From contig JBHOQO010000096.1 of assembly GCA_042408925.1 (NCBI GenBank), forward strand, positions 2,728 to 66,727: a stretch of 64,000 bases of DNA, read 5' to 3'. The stretch comes from Chloroflexota bacterium. GTDB lineage: Bacteria; Chloroflexota; Limnocylindria; Limnocylindrales; CSP1-4. Shown here one piece after another: positions 50,996-60,982 of the stretch; position 1 is the stretch's first letter; each line of letters begins with the position of its first letter. The notes beneath the pieces were generated by a model. The model made no database searches, had not been told where the DNA came from, and saw nothing but the letters and a program-made list of their open reading frames with translations. The translations under genes and the position numbers were made by a program.

Positions 50996-52116
50996 CCGAG
51001 AGCCAGCTGACGTGGATCGTCGCCCGGACCGCCGGGCTCCTCGCCTATCTCCTGACGACGGCCTCCGTGGTCCTCGGCCTCGTCCTCCACCATCGCTGGC
51101 GATCGGCGACGTGGCCGCGCTTCGTGACGAACGAGCTCCACCGGACCGTCAGCCTCCTCGCCCTCCTCGCCCTGGCAGGGCACGGGCTCGCCCTCCTCCT
51201 CGACCCGTACCTGGCACCGACGGTCTCGGAGATCCTCGTCCCGCTCACGATCAGCTACCGGCCGCTCTGGGTGGCGGCGGGGATCGTCGCCGGATACCTC
51301 CTCGTCGGTCTCTGGCTGAGCCAGTATGTGCGCCCCTGGATCGGGTACCGGGCCTGGGCGCGCCTCCACCTCCTGACCTACGCCGCCTGGATCCTCGCCC
51401 TCGTCCACGGTCTCGCCGCCGGGAGCGACACCTCCACCGTCTGGGCCCTCCTCCTCTACGGCGGCTCGGTCTCCCTCGTCGGCGGCCTCGTCGTGGCCCG
51501 GATCCTCGACACCGAGCCGGAGGTGGCCCGCCTCCTCGGCCTCGCCGCCGCCGGCCTCCTCTTCGCCGTCGTCGCCGTCTGGGCCATCGACGGGCCGCTC
51601 GCACCGGACTGGTCGGCCCGCGCCGGGTCGTCACCGGCCCGCGGCCGGGCCGCGGTCGCGACCGCCGGAGGCAGCGGTTCGGCGGCGGCGCTCGCGAGCC
51701 CCGCACCGAGCTCCGCACCGAGCTCCGACCTGACCTTCACGGCCAGTTTCCTCGGTGCCGTCGGCGTCCAGCGCGTCGCGGGCGGCCGGGCGCTCGTCGT
51801 CCAGGGTCGCTTCGCGGATCCGACAGCCGGCAGCCTGGCAATCCTCATCGGCTCGACCCAAAGCCCGGCCGACGCCTCGCAGCTCGTCCTCCGGGTCGAC
51901 GGACAGCCTGCCTGCACCGGCGTCGTCACCACCCTCGACGAGGCGACCATCGCCGGCCGCTGCCGGACCGGCGACGGGAGCAGCCTCGACGTCCGACTCC
52001 TCGTCAGCGGCTTCGACGGCGAGCGGATCACCGGCACCCTCGTCGTCGGCCCGACGGGCTCCGGCGACGGCCGGACGACGGGGCCGACCGACGGCGGCGG
52101 GGCCGCCACCGGCTAG
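50992..52116 (+). CDS. Ferric-reductase-like transmembrane-domain protein with a C-terminal extracytoplasmic domain
   Basis: Six TM with paired His (LVLHH..., GHGLALLLD, HLLTYAAWILALVHG), typical of the FRD heme-binding core. Overlaps the apbE stop. Confidence 0.6.
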   Translation: MTESQLTWIVARTAGLLAYLLTTASVVLGLVLHHRWRSATWPRFVTNELHRTVSLLALLALAGHGLALLLDPYLAPTVSEILVPLTISYRPLWVAAGIVAGYLLVGLWLSQYVRPWIGYRAWARLHLLTYAAWILALVHGLAAGSDTSTVWALLLYGGSVSLVGGLVVARILDTEPEVARLLGLAAAGLLFAVVAVWAIDGPLAPDWSARAGSSPARGRAAVATAGGSGSAAALASPAPSSAPSSDLTFTASFLGAVGVQRVAGGRALVVQGRFADPTAGSLAILIGSTQSPADASQLVLRVDGQPACTGVVTTLDEATIAGRCRTGDGSSLDVRLLVSGFDGERITGTLVVGPTGSGDGRTTGPTDGGGAATG

Positions 52117-52143
52117 CCGCCGGGCGCCCTACCCCGATGGGGC

Positions 52144-53256
52144 TCAGCTCATGGCTCCGGACCCGGCGCCCGGGGCGAGCTCGCGGGCGAGGAGCGCCGC
52201 CAGCTCGCGGGCGTTCGTAGCGCCGTAGTTCGCGTAGCAGTTGTTCATGAGCAGGTGGGTCGCCCGGACCCGGCGGGCGATCTCACGGACCCGGGGAACC
52301 CACTCCTCCAGCTCGCTGCGGCTGTAGAGGTAGCGGAACCGCTCGACCGGAGCCACGCCGGTCGCTTCCCACATGGCCCGCCGGCGACCGTGGAAGCGGA
52401 CGACGGCGAGGTCCGGGCTCGTCGTCGCCACGACCGGCGGGACGCTGCTTCGAAAGCCCTGGGGCTCGTCGACGAGGACGAGCGCCGCGCCGATCTCCTC
52501 GAGGAAGCGGAGCGTCCGCTCGACGTTCTTCTCGTTGAGCCAGCTCGCGTTTCGGAACTCGACCCCGACCGGAAGCCCGGCGAGCCGCTCTCGGGCCTCG
52601 CGGATCGCCGCCCGGGCCTCCGACGAGCTGTAGACCCAGCGCGGGTACTGGAGGAAGACGGCACCGAGCTGGCCGGCCTCGACGAGGGGGGCGATCCCCT
52701 CGCGGAAGAGCACCCAGAGCGCGTCGAGGAGCTCGGCCGGCAGATCCTTGCCGTAGATCCGGGACCGCTCGGCCAGCTCGGCCGGGAGTTCGGCCCGGAC
52801 GGCCCTCGGGAGGCGGCGGACCTCGCTCGGCTGGCCGGTGAAGAGGGCGAAGGCCTTGACGTCGAAGACGAAGTCGGGCGGGGTGCGTTCGACCCAGAGG
52901 GCTGCCGTCCGGGGCGAGGGAAGCGCGTAGTACGTCGCGTCGACCTCGACGACCGGGAAGCGGGAGGCGTAGTAGGCGAGGCGTTCCTCGGCCGTGTCGG
53001 CGTCGGGCGGGTAGAAGACGCCGGGAGCGACCATCGTCGGATCGGTCCAGGACGCCGTCCCGACCCGGACCTCGCCGCCGTCCGGGACGACGATCGGCTC
53101 CGCGGCCACCTCCTCAACGGCGGCCGCCCGCGCGGCCGCAACCTCCGGCCCCGGGTCGTGCTCGGGATCGAGATCGGGTGCCGGGGCGTGGACGAGGGGC
53201 GGCGGGACGGTTCGAACCGGGGCCCGCGGTCGAGGCGTCGGTCGTTCCGGCGGCAT
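52144..53256 (-). CDS. DUF72 family protein (second paralog)
   Basis: VRVGTASWTDP...FYPP...LAYYASRFPVVEVDATYYALPS...VEFRNASW. Same family as 618-1454. The N-terminal approx 60 aa are a Pro-rich extension, so the start is uncertain. Confidence 0.8.
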   Translation of the reverse strand: MPPERPTPRPRAPVRTVPPPLVHAPAPDLDPEHDPGPEVAAARAAAVEEVAAEPIVVPDGGEVRVGTASWTDPTMVAPGVFYPPDADTAEERLAYYASRFPVVEVDATYYALPSPRTAALWVERTPPDFVFDVKAFALFTGQPSEVRRLPRAVRAELPAELAERSRIYGKDLPAELLDALWVLFREGIAPLVEAGQLGAVFLQYPRWVYSSSEARAAIREARERLAGLPVGVEFRNASWLNEKNVERTLRFLEEIGAALVLVDEPQGFRSSVPPVVATTSPDLAVVRFHGRRRAMWEATGVAPVERFRYLYSRSELEEWVPRVREIARRVRATHLLMNNCYANYGATNARELAALLARELAPGAGSGAMS

Positions 53257-53302
53257 CGCCCGATTGTCGCCGATCCCGCCCCGTTCGGCCCCGGTCCGGG
53301 CG

Positions 53303-54649
53303 CTAGGAGCCTCGGAGGGCGACGAGGAGCGTCCGGAGGCCCGGGCGCTGGCCGTACATGAGGATCCCCGCCGAGTAGAGGCGGGCGGCGAACCAGATCG
53401 CCACCGGGATCGAGAGGGCGAGGAGGACGACGGCGAGGACGACCTCGGGCGGACTGATCGTCCCGAAGGCGAGCCGCGACGGGACGAAGTACGGGCTGAG
53501 GAACGGGACCTGGGTCAGGACGACGATGAGCGGCGAACGGAGGTCGACGACGCCCGACGCCGCCCAGACCGAGACGATGTAGCCGACCGTCGAGACGAGC
53601 GAGAGCGGGGCGACGACCGCGTTCACGTCCTCCTGGCGGCTCACGAGCGAGGCGGCCGCGGCGTAGAGGACGGCGTAGAGCCCGAAGGCAAGGACGAACA
53701 TGACCCCGAAGGCGAGGAGGATCGCAGGGCTCAGCCAGGAGGGGAGGTTTGCCGCCCCGCCGGTCCCGAGGACGAGGGCCGCGATCTGGTCCTGGAACAC
53801 GAGGATGAGCGTGGCGGGGGCGACGGTCACGACGTACTGGAGGAGGCCGAGGCCGCCGACCCCGATGACCTTGCCGGCGAGGAGCTGGAAGGGGGTCGCC
53901 GCTCCGAGGATGACCTCGAGGACCCGGCTCGTCTTCTCCTCGACGACGCTCATCGCGACCCACTGGCCGTAGAGGACGATGGCGAGGAGGATGAAGACCG
54001 CGAGGGCGGTCCCGGCGAGGGAGGCGCCGAGCATCGCCTCGGCGGTGTCAGTCTCCGACGACGGGGCGGTCCAGCCCGCTTCGCTGCTCCAGCGCCGGAC
54101 CTCGAAGCTCGGCGGCGCGAACAGTCCGGCCGCCTGGGTGGGCGAGAGGCCGAGGCGCTCGAGGCGGTCCCCGATGGCGATCGCCGCGGCCGCCTGCTGG
54201 AGGAGCTGCGGGAGGCGGCTCGTCGGGAGGCCCTTCGTGTAGAGGGTGAAGCCGAGATCCCCGCCGCTCGTGCGCCCGAGGGCGAGGCCGGCGTCGTACG
54301 TGCCGTCCTCGACGCCGCGCTCGAGGGCCTCGACGGTGGCGACGGCGACGACCTCGTACGCCCCCCGACCGGCGGACGCGCCGGGTTGGACCGCCGCCGA
54401 GGCGTTCAGGAGCCGCTCGAGGGTGCCGCGGGCGTCGAGCGTCGCCGGAGCGTCGCGGGCGACGAGCCCGATCCGATCGGTGCCGACCTGGTCCCCGAAG
54501 TAGCGGATGAGGATCGGTGAGAGCGCAACCCCCGCAACGACGAGGACGAGAACCGCCGTCGAGATGACGAACGTGCGGGTCGCTCCCCGGGCCAGGAACT
54601 CCCGGCGCGCCACGGCCAGGATGTTCCGGAGGTCCCGCCGCGGGTTCAT
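53303..54649 (-). CDS. ABC-2 type transporter permease
   Basis: The C-terminal 448 aa of the 1551-aa ORF (MNPRRDLRNILAVARREF...) have one N-terminal TM, a large extracytoplasmic loop and five C-terminal TMs. The rest of the ORF is antisense junk. Confidence 0.75.
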   Translation of the reverse strand: MNPRRDLRNILAVARREFLARGATRTFVISTAVLVLVVAGVALSPILIRYFGDQVGTDRIGLVARDAPATLDARGTLERLLNASAAVQPGASAGRGAYEVVAVATVEALERGVEDGTYDAGLALGRTSGGDLGFTLYTKGLPTSRLPQLLQQAAAAIAIGDRLERLGLSPTQAAGLFAPPSFEVRRWSSEAGWTAPSSETDTAEAMLGASLAGTALAVFILLAIVLYGQWVAMSVVEEKTSRVLEVILGAATPFQLLAGKVIGVGGLGLLQYVVTVAPATLILVFQDQIAALVLGTGGAANLPSWLSPAILLAFGVMFVLAFGLYAVLYAAAASLVSRQEDVNAVVAPLSLVSTVGYIVSVWAASGVVDLRSPLIVVLTQVPFLSPYFVPSRLAFGTISPPEVVLAVVLLALSIPVAIWFAARLYSAGILMYGQRPGLRTLLVALRGS

Positions 54650-55614
54650 CGACCGGCCTCGCCGGTCATCGCCGGCGGCGCGAGGCGACCCTCGTCCTCG
54701 GCCGGCGGTCGCCCGACCCGCTCGATGAAGATCTGCTCGATGGACGGGTCGCCGATCTCGAAGCGGGTCACGTAGGCTCCCCGGCGGAGGGCCTCGGCGA
54801 GGACGGTCGCCGGGTCGTGTCCGGCCGCCACCTCGGCCTCCGTGTAGTCCTGCCCGAGGCGGGTAACTCGGACGCCGTCGAGCTCGGCGAGCCAGTCGAG
54901 CCGGCCGTCGACGGCGCCGATCCGGACGACCCGCTTGCCGGTCGAGCGCTTGACCTCGGCGAGCGGCCCGGCGAGGACGAGGCGCCCGCGATCGATGATC
55001 GCGACGGCGTGGCAGAGCTCCTCGACCTGGTCCATCTGGTGGGTCGAGAAGACGATGGTCCGGCCGCGGGCGTTCAGCTCCAGGAGCGCCTCCTTCAGGA
55101 GGTTCGCGTTCACCGGATCGAGGCCCGAGAACGGCTCGTCGAGGAGGAGGATCTCCGGGTCGTGGAGAATCGCCGCGATGACCTGGACCTTCTGCTGGTT
55201 CCCCTTCGAGAGCTCTTCGGCCCGGCGGTCGGCATACTCGGCGATCCGGAAGCGGGCGAGCCAGCCCCGGGCGCGTTCGGTCGCCTCGCGGCGTGAGAGG
55301 CCGAAGAGGACGCCGATGAAGGCGAGCTGATCGAGGACGCGCATCCGGGGATAGAGGCCGCGCTCCTCGGGGAGGTACCCCCAGGTGTTCCGGGGCAGCG
55401 TCTCGGTCGGCACGCCCCGCCAGGTGACTCGACCGGCGTCCGGGCGGAGGATGTTGAGGACGATCCGCATCGCGGTCGTCTTGCCGGCCCCGTTCGCGCC
55501 GAGGAAGCCAAAGATCCGGCCGGCGGGGGCCTCGAAGCTGACGCCGTCGAGGGCGACGGTCGCTCCGAAGCGCTTCGTCAGGTTCTCGAGGACGAGGCTC
55601 ATGGCTACCCCCAA
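54646..55614 (-). CDS. ABC transporter ATP-binding protein
   Basis: GFLGANGAGKTT, LSKGNQQKVQVIAAIL, LLLDEPFSGLDP. ATGA overlap with the permease. Confidence 0.9.
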   Translation of the reverse strand: MGVAMSLVLENLTKRFGATVALDGVSFEAPAGRIFGFLGANGAGKTTAMRIVLNILRPDAGRVTWRGVPTETLPRNTWGYLPEERGLYPRMRVLDQLAFIGVLFGLSRREATERARGWLARFRIAEYADRRAEELSKGNQQKVQVIAAILHDPEILLLDEPFSGLDPVNANLLKEALLELNARGRTIVFSTHQMDQVEELCHAVAIIDRGRLVLAGPLAEVKRSTGKRVVRIGAVDGRLDWLAELDGVRVTRLGQDYTEAEVAAGHDPATVLAEALRRGAYVTRFEIGDPSIEQIFIERVGRPPAEDEGRLAPPAMTGEAGR

Positions 55615-56114
55615 CAGCCGGCGCCGCCCGACGGCCGAACGGCGGGCCCTGGTTCAAACGGCTGTCGACGTCCGGGCGGCGGCTGCGGACGAGCCCCCGG
55701 CGTCGGGTCCAGTATGCCACGCGGCGGACGGCCCGGGCCCGCCGGCCCTCCGAGCGAGGGATCCCGACCAGCCGATCAATCGATCGGGTATGATCGTCGC
55801 GCGCCGGCCGACGCGCCGGGGGAATGATCTTCGGCCGGAGGGCTCCCGGGTCCTCCGGCCGCTCATCGTCCCCCACCCCCCGGAGCCAACGCCCGGTCCG
55901 CCCGACTCCTGGCGGCCCGGCCGAGCGGCCGGCCGGATCATGACTCCCGGCCCCTCCGAGGATGACATCCGGCCACCGCGCCCGGCGCCGCCGTCGGGTA
56001 TCGTTGCGATCGCTGCGGGCACGACGCTGCACCGGCGAGACCGAGCCGCGAGGCTCACCGGTTGCGCACCAGACCTCGCCGGTGCCCGACCTCCCCCGCA
56101 CGCCCTCCTCCCCT

Positions 56115-56140
56115 CCGCCGAGACCCCCCGGGGTCTCGGC
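56115..56140. other. Perfect GC-rich hairpin GCCGAGACCCC-CC-GGGGTCTCGGCG inside a 620-bp non-coding region
   Basis: A 12-bp stem with a 2-nt loop, seen directly. It lies about 100 bp upstream of the LOG gene start. Confidence 0.5.
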
Positions 56141-56236
56141 GTGCCCGGCGTAGCCCTCACGATCACCGTCGAGCGCCGGGATCGCCCCCGGGCGCAGCAA
56201 CGAACCTTCTGTCAGGATTCGCAGCGAGCGAACCCG

Positions 56237-56827
56237 ATGCCCGACGAGCCGACGCGAGCCGCACCGATGGGACCGGCGCCCCGGGAGCCCGGCGCTCCGG
56301 CCGTCGGCGTCCTCGCCCGGATCTCCTGGCCCGCCGGCCGGCCGAGCGTCGAGACAGCCGAGCGCCTGGGGACCCTCCTGGCATCGAACGGGTACACGGT
56401 CGTCTCGACCGGCTACGGAGCGCTCGCCGGAGCCGTCAGTCGCGGCGCCGCCCTCGCCGGGGGACGAGCCGTCGGCTACCCGGTTCGCACCTGGCCGCTC
56501 GAACCGAGCCCCTGGTTGACCGAGGTCCGCTGGGTCCCCGACTCCTACGCCCAGTGTCTCGCCCTCGGCGCCTGTCCGGCCCTCGTCGCGGTGGCACCCG
56601 GGGCCGGGAGCCTCGCCGAGGTCGCCTTCGCCTGGCAGCTCGGCGGTCGCCGGGCGCGCCTCGTCCTCCTTGGCGCGGAATGGGACCACTGGCTCGCCGC
56701 CTGCTGGCGCTGGCTCGTCCCGCGCCGAGGCGACCTCGCCGGCATCGCGGTCGAGGACGATCCCGCCGGGGTGATCGCCCGCCTGGCGGCGGCCCTCCGG
56801 CCGGCCCCGACCTCGTGGCGGCCCTGA
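56237..56827 (+). CDS. LOG family (TIGR00730) Rossmann-fold protein
   Basis: VVSTGYGALAGAVSRGAALAGGRAVG and VAVAPGAGSLAEVAFAW match the LOG GGGxGxMG and PGGxGTxEE-type motifs. The upstream part of ORF 55385.. is antisense to the ABC ATPase. Confidence 0.7.
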   Translation: MPDEPTRAAPMGPAPREPGAPAVGVLARISWPAGRPSVETAERLGTLLASNGYTVVSTGYGALAGAVSRGAALAGGRAVGYPVRTWPLEPSPWLTEVRWVPDSYAQCLALGACPALVAVAPGAGSLAEVAFAWQLGGRRARLVLLGAEWDHWLAACWRWLVPRRGDLAGIAVEDDPAGVIARLAAALRPAPTSWRP

Positions 56828-56850
56828 GGCCTCGAGCGCCGGCGCCGCGG

Positions 56851-57879
56851 CTACGGGTGGACCGCGGCCGGCCGCTGCCGGACCGCGGCGGCATCGGTCT
56901 TCGTGACGAGCTCGAGGACGGCCTCGGCCGTCATTCGATCGGTGACGAGGACGTGAACGAGGCCGGAGCGGAGCGCCCCGGCGACCGCCTCGACCTTGTT
57001 CGAGCCCGCGGCGACGAGGACGACCCGCGGCGTCCGCCGGAGCAGCTCGATCGGGATCGCGATGGTCCGCCGCGACCACTCGTCGTCGACGAACGATCCG
57101 TCGGCCCGGAAGAGATGGCCGCCGAGGTCGCCGACGACCGCCTTGTCGGCGAGCCGGCGGCGACCCGCCTCGTCGAGACGGTCCATGACCGTCCCGTAGC
57201 CCGGCCGGGCGAGCGGCCCCCCACTCGTGCCGACGACCGCGAGGGCGAGCCGATCCCAGTAGCGGGTCGTCGCGGCGATCCCGCTGTCGCGCAGGAGCGC
57301 CAGCTTCGTCTCCTCGGAATCGAGCATTCCCGGAGCGTGGAGGAAGCGGACCTCGGCCGACAGTCGCTCGGCGAAGCGGCGGACCAGCTCGTTGCAGTCG
57401 AGATGCGGGTTTCGGGTATCCCAGCCGCCGACGAGGGGGACGACGGTCAGCCCCGGCCGGTCGAGGCGCGGCAACGCCGAGACGAGCGCCCCGATGGTGT
57501 AGCCGCCGGTGATCCCCACGACCCCGGACTCCGGGAGCTCCCGGGCCACGATGTCGGCCGCCCCGACGCCGCAGAGCCGGGCCGCGACCGAGGGATGAGG
57601 GTCGCCCCCCGGCGTCACGTGGACCTCGATCCCGAAGCGCTCCGCCAGCGCGACCGCCACGCCCGGCTCGGCCGTGGCCGGGGGCTCGACACTGATCCGG
57701 ACGACGCCGCTCGCCCGGGCCTGGGCGAGGAGACGCGAGACCTTCGAGACGGAAAAGCCCGTCAACCGGGCGATCTCGGGCTGGGTCAGGTCGCGCAGGT
57801 AGTACAGCTCGGCGACGAGCCGCATCATCTCCCGATCGCTCCCGGCAGCGCGACCTCGACCCACGCGTGTCAGTTCCAT
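56851..57879 (-). CDS. SorC/DeoR-type sugar-binding transcriptional regulator
   Basis: N-terminal HTH (LTQPEIARLTGFSVSKVSRLLAQARASGVVRISV) and a C-terminal sugar-binding domain. Divergent from the PTS operon. Confidence 0.85.
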   Translation of the reverse strand: MELTRVGRGRAAGSDREMMRLVAELYYLRDLTQPEIARLTGFSVSKVSRLLAQARASGVVRISVEPPATAEPGVAVALAERFGIEVHVTPGGDPHPSVAARLCGVGAADIVARELPESGVVGITGGYTIGALVSALPRLDRPGLTVVPLVGGWDTRNPHLDCNELVRRFAERLSAEVRFLHAPGMLDSEETKLALLRDSGIAATTRYWDRLALAVVGTSGGPLARPGYGTVMDRLDEAGRRRLADKAVVGDLGGHLFRADGSFVDDEWSRRTIAIPIELLRRTPRVVLVAAGSNKVEAVAGALRSGLVHVLVTDRMTAEAVLELVTKTDAAAVRQRPAAVHP

Positions 57880-58047
57880 GGTTCGGTTCGCCCCCTAAAC
57901 TTGACAGCGGCGGTCTGGGCGGAGTATAGATGATGCGTCCCGGCTGCAAGAATTCCACGGGAAAATTCTCACGACGAACCGGTCGATCGCCCGACCGTCG
58001 GGGAGCCGGGATCGACGGGGTCGACCGCCGGACGAGGGAGCGACAAC

Positions 58048-58455
58048 GTGGCGGACTTCCGGATCGTCCTCACCGCCCATGGCGCGCTCGCCCACGGCCT
58101 CCTCGCGGCCGCCGAGCTGATCTGCGGCCCGCTCCCGAACGTCGTGGCCGTCCCCCTGGAGGCAGCCGATTCGCCGGAGTCCTTCGGCGACCGGCTGCGG
58201 GCGGCGATGGGCGACCCCGCCGAGCCGGTCCTCGTCTTGACCGACCTGCGAGGCGGGACCCCGCACAACGTCGCCTGCACCGTCGTCCGGGACCATCCCC
58301 GAGCGGCCCTCGTCTCGGGGATCAACCTGGCGATCGTCATCGAGGCGGCGACCTCGCTCGAGTCCCTCGACGACGCCGCCCTCGATCGCCTCGTCGCCGC
58401 CGGCCGGGACAACCTCGTCGCCGTCCGCCGGCTCGTCGCCGACCGCGCGCCGTGA
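58048..58455 (+). CDS. PTS mannose/fructose/sorbose family IIA component
   Basis: FRIVLTAHGALAHGLLAAAELICG carries the EIIA-Man His site. GTG start. Confidence 0.8.
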   Translation: MADFRIVLTAHGALAHGLLAAAELICGPLPNVVAVPLEAADSPESFGDRLRAAMGDPAEPVLVLTDLRGGTPHNVACTVVRDHPRAALVSGINLAIVIEAATSLESLDDAALDRLVAAGRDNLVAVRRLVADRAP

Positions 58456-58567
58456 ACACCGTCGAGCGCGTGAGGCCGGATCCCGACCGCACCCGGAGGT
58501 GTGCAGCGTCGGTCCCGTGGCGGCCCACCCACCGAAGACGGAGGAGCGGTTCCGGCGGGAGGATCCG

Positions 58568-59050
58568 ATGGCGTTGAAGCTCGTTCGGGTCGACGACCGA
58601 CTCATCCACGGCCAGGTCGTCGCCGTCTGGCTGAAGGCGGTGGGGGCCGATCGGATCATCATCGTCGATGACCGGACGGCCCAGGATGCCTTCCTGACCG
58701 AGGTCCTCACCCTCGCGGCACCGCCAGGCGTACCGGTCGAGGTCTACGGCCTCGCCGACGGCATTGAGCGGGTCGCCCGCGCGGCGAGCGACGCGGAACA
58801 GGTCTTCGTCCTCATGCGCTCCCCGGTCACCGCGCTCCGGCTCCGCGAGGCCGGCATCCCGATCGAGACGCTCAACGTCGGCGGGATCGGTGCCGGACCG
58901 GGGCGCAAACCCCTCTACAAGAACATCTCGGCGAACGCCGAGGAGCTCGAGGCGATGCGGGCCCTCGAGCGCTCCGGGACCCGGGTCGAGCTGCGGATCG
59001 TTCCCGACGACCGGGGCGTCGCCTTCGCCAGCCTCGACAAAGGCACCTGA
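58568..59050 (+). CDS. PTS mannose/fructose/sorbose family IIB component
   Basis: LKLVRVDDRLIHGQVVAVW is the EIIB-Man phospho-His loop. Start at the internal Met (MALKLV). Confidence 0.85.
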   Translation: MALKLVRVDDRLIHGQVVAVWLKAVGADRIIIVDDRTAQDAFLTEVLTLAAPPGVPVEVYGLADGIERVARAASDAEQVFVLMRSPVTALRLREAGIPIETLNVGGIGAGPGRKPLYKNISANAEELEAMRALERSGTRVELRIVPDDRGVAFASLDKGT

Positions 59051-59084
59051 GGCACTCCGTTCACCTTTCCAGGAGGAGGCAAGG

Positions 59085-60011
59085 ATGCGAATACCGATCC
59101 GCCGCATCGTCGGCGTCGCCCTCGTCGGAGCCGGGCTCCTGGCGATGCTGCCCGCCGCCGTCCTCGCCCAGGACGGCGGGCCCAAGATCACGGTCAACCT
59201 CGTCCAGGCGGCCCTCATCGGCTTCGGTTACTACATGGCCCAGGGGCCGTGGCTGTTCGGCATGGGCTTCTTCACCCTCTATCGTCCGCTCGTCGCGGGC
59301 TTCTTCGTCGGTCTCATCCTCGGCGACCCGGCGAAGGGGACGCTCATCGGGGCGGCCATCAACCTCATCTACCTCGGCTTCATCTCGGCGGGCGGTGCCA
59401 TCCCCGGCGACCCGGCCCTCGCCGGCTGGGTCGGGACGACCCTGGCCTTGGCCGGCAACCTCGATTACGGCGCCGCCCTCGCCCTCGCCGTCCCGATCGG
59501 ACTCCTCGGGACCGTCATCTGGAACGCCCGGATGACCGGCAACGTCGTCTTCGTCCACTACGCCGATCGGAAGGCCGAGGAGGCGAACATCGGGGAGGTG
59601 GCGAGGGCAAACTGGCTCTATCCGCAGATCTACCTCTTCGTCATCACCTTCGTCCCGGTCTTCCTCGCCGCCTACCTCGGGACGGGCTTCGTGACCGACA
59701 TCCTGAACGCCCTCCCGATCTGGGTCCTCAACGGCCTCGCGGTCGCCGGCGGCGTCCTGCCGGCCATCGGCATCGCCATGAACATGCGCTTCATCTTCCG
59801 CGGTGCCGTCATCCCCTACTTCTTCCTCGGCTACCTCATGATGGTCGCCTCGAACCGCTCGCTCTCGATCGTCATCATCGGAGCGATCGGCCTCGTCCTC
59901 GCCTATCTCCACGTCTACTTCGTCGGGCAGCGCGAGCGCGGCGCCGTCGTCGCGGCGGCCGCCGCCACGAAGCAGGTCGCCGGCGAGATGAAGTCGGGCT
60001 CGGAGGTCTAG
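59085..60011 (+). CDS. PTS mannose/fructose/sorbose family IIC component
   Basis: MRIPIRRIVGVALVGAG..., polytopic, IIC-Man family. Strong AGGAGGAGG RBS. Confidence 0.85.
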   Translation: MRIPIRRIVGVALVGAGLLAMLPAAVLAQDGGPKITVNLVQAALIGFGYYMAQGPWLFGMGFFTLYRPLVAGFFVGLILGDPAKGTLIGAAINLIYLGFISAGGAIPGDPALAGWVGTTLALAGNLDYGAALALAVPIGLLGTVIWNARMTGNVVFVHYADRKAEEANIGEVARANWLYPQIYLFVITFVPVFLAAYLGTGFVTDILNALPIWVLNGLAVAGGVLPAIGIAMNMRFIFRGAVIPYFFLGYLMMVASNRSLSIVIIGAIGLVLAYLHVYFVGQRERGAVVAAAAATKQVAGEMKSGSEV

Positions 60012-60013
60012 CG

Positions 60014-60982
60014 ATGAGCGCACAGGTCGAGGCGACGGGCGCCAAGATCACCCGTCGCGACGTCATCTGGTCCTGGGTTCTTTGGACCTTCTTCTCCCAC
60101 GCCTGCTACAACTACGAGCGGCTCCAGGCGACGGCCTTCGCCCACGCGATGACGCCGATCATCCGGAAGCTCTACCACACCCCCGAGGAGATCGCGGCGG
60201 CCCTCAAGCGCCACCTCGTCTTCTTCAACACCGAGCCGAATGTCGGCGGCGTCATCCACGGCGCGGTCATCGCCATGGAGGAGCAGCGGGCGAACGGCGC
60301 CGACATCGACGACGACGCGATCAACGCGGTGAAGTCCGGCCTCATGGGACCCCTGGCCGGGATCGGCGACACGATCAGCCAGGGGACGGTCACGCCGCTC
60401 CTCCTCGCCCTCGGGATCGGGATCGCCGGGATCAGCGCCGCCGCCGGCACGCAGCCCGACCTCTCCCAGCTGACCGGCAACCCCCTCGGGGCGATCGTCT
60501 ACATCGTCCTCGAGGCGGCCGTCATCCTCGCCCTCGCCTACTTCTTCTACCTCCAGGGCTGGGAGCGGGGACGCGACTTCGTCACCGACATGCTCCGCTC
60601 GGGCGCTCTCGACCGGCTCATCATCGGCGCGGGTGTCCTCGGGAACCTCGTCCTCGGCGCCCTCGCGGCGACGTTCGTGGCGCTCTACGTCGCCCCGACG
60701 GTCTCGATCGGCGCCGAGAGCCTGAACATCCAGCGCGACCTCCTCGACAAGATCTTCCCGGGCCTCCTGCCGCTCGGCCTTGTCCTCCTCACCTGGTGGC
60801 TGATCCGGCGCGGGACGAGCCCGATCCGGCTCCTCGTCGTCTACCTCGTCATCTGCCTCGTCGGGGCCTTCCCGTTCTTCGGCGAGGCGCCGCAGTACGT
60901 GACCGACAAGTGCGGCTCGGCGGTCTTCCAGCCGTACGGGCCGTGCCCGGAGCCGAGCCCGTCTCCGGGAGCGCAGCAGTAG
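60014..60982 (+). CDS. PTS mannose/fructose/sorbose family IID component
   Basis: KITRRDVIWSWVLWTFFSHACYNYERLQATAFAHAMTPIIRKLY, HLVFFNTEPNVGGVIHGAVIAMEE are IID-Man signature segments. Confidence 0.85.
   Translation: MSAQVEATGAKITRRDVIWSWVLWTFFSHACYNYERLQATAFAHAMTPIIRKLYHTPEEIAAALKRHLVFFNTEPNVGGVIHGAVIAMEEQRANGADIDDDAINAVKSGLMGPLAGIGDTISQGTVTPLLLALGIGIAGISAAAGTQPDLSQLTGNPLGAIVYIVLEAAVILALAYFFYLQGWERGRDFVTDMLRSGALDRLIIGAGVLGNLVLGALAATFVALYVAPTVSIGAESLNIQRDLLDKIFPGLLPLGLVLLTWWLIRRGTSPIRLLVVYLVICLVGAFPFFGEAPQYVTDKCGSAVFQPYGPCPEPSPSPGAQQ

Noticed and set aside
55655-55680. Possible tRNA T-loop GGTTCAAAC at about 55663
   Set aside because: No acceptor, D-arm or anticodon-arm pairing could be built around it. 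Likely a chance match in a GC-rich spacer.
54650-57958. N-terminal approx 1100 aa of ORF 53303..57958(-) 1551 aa, plus ORFs 56062..57933(+) and 55385..56236(+)
   Set aside because: Low-complexity frames overlapping the ABC ATPase, the LOG gene and the SorC regulator. Only the C-terminal 448 aa (the ABC-2 permease) has a coherent TM architecture.
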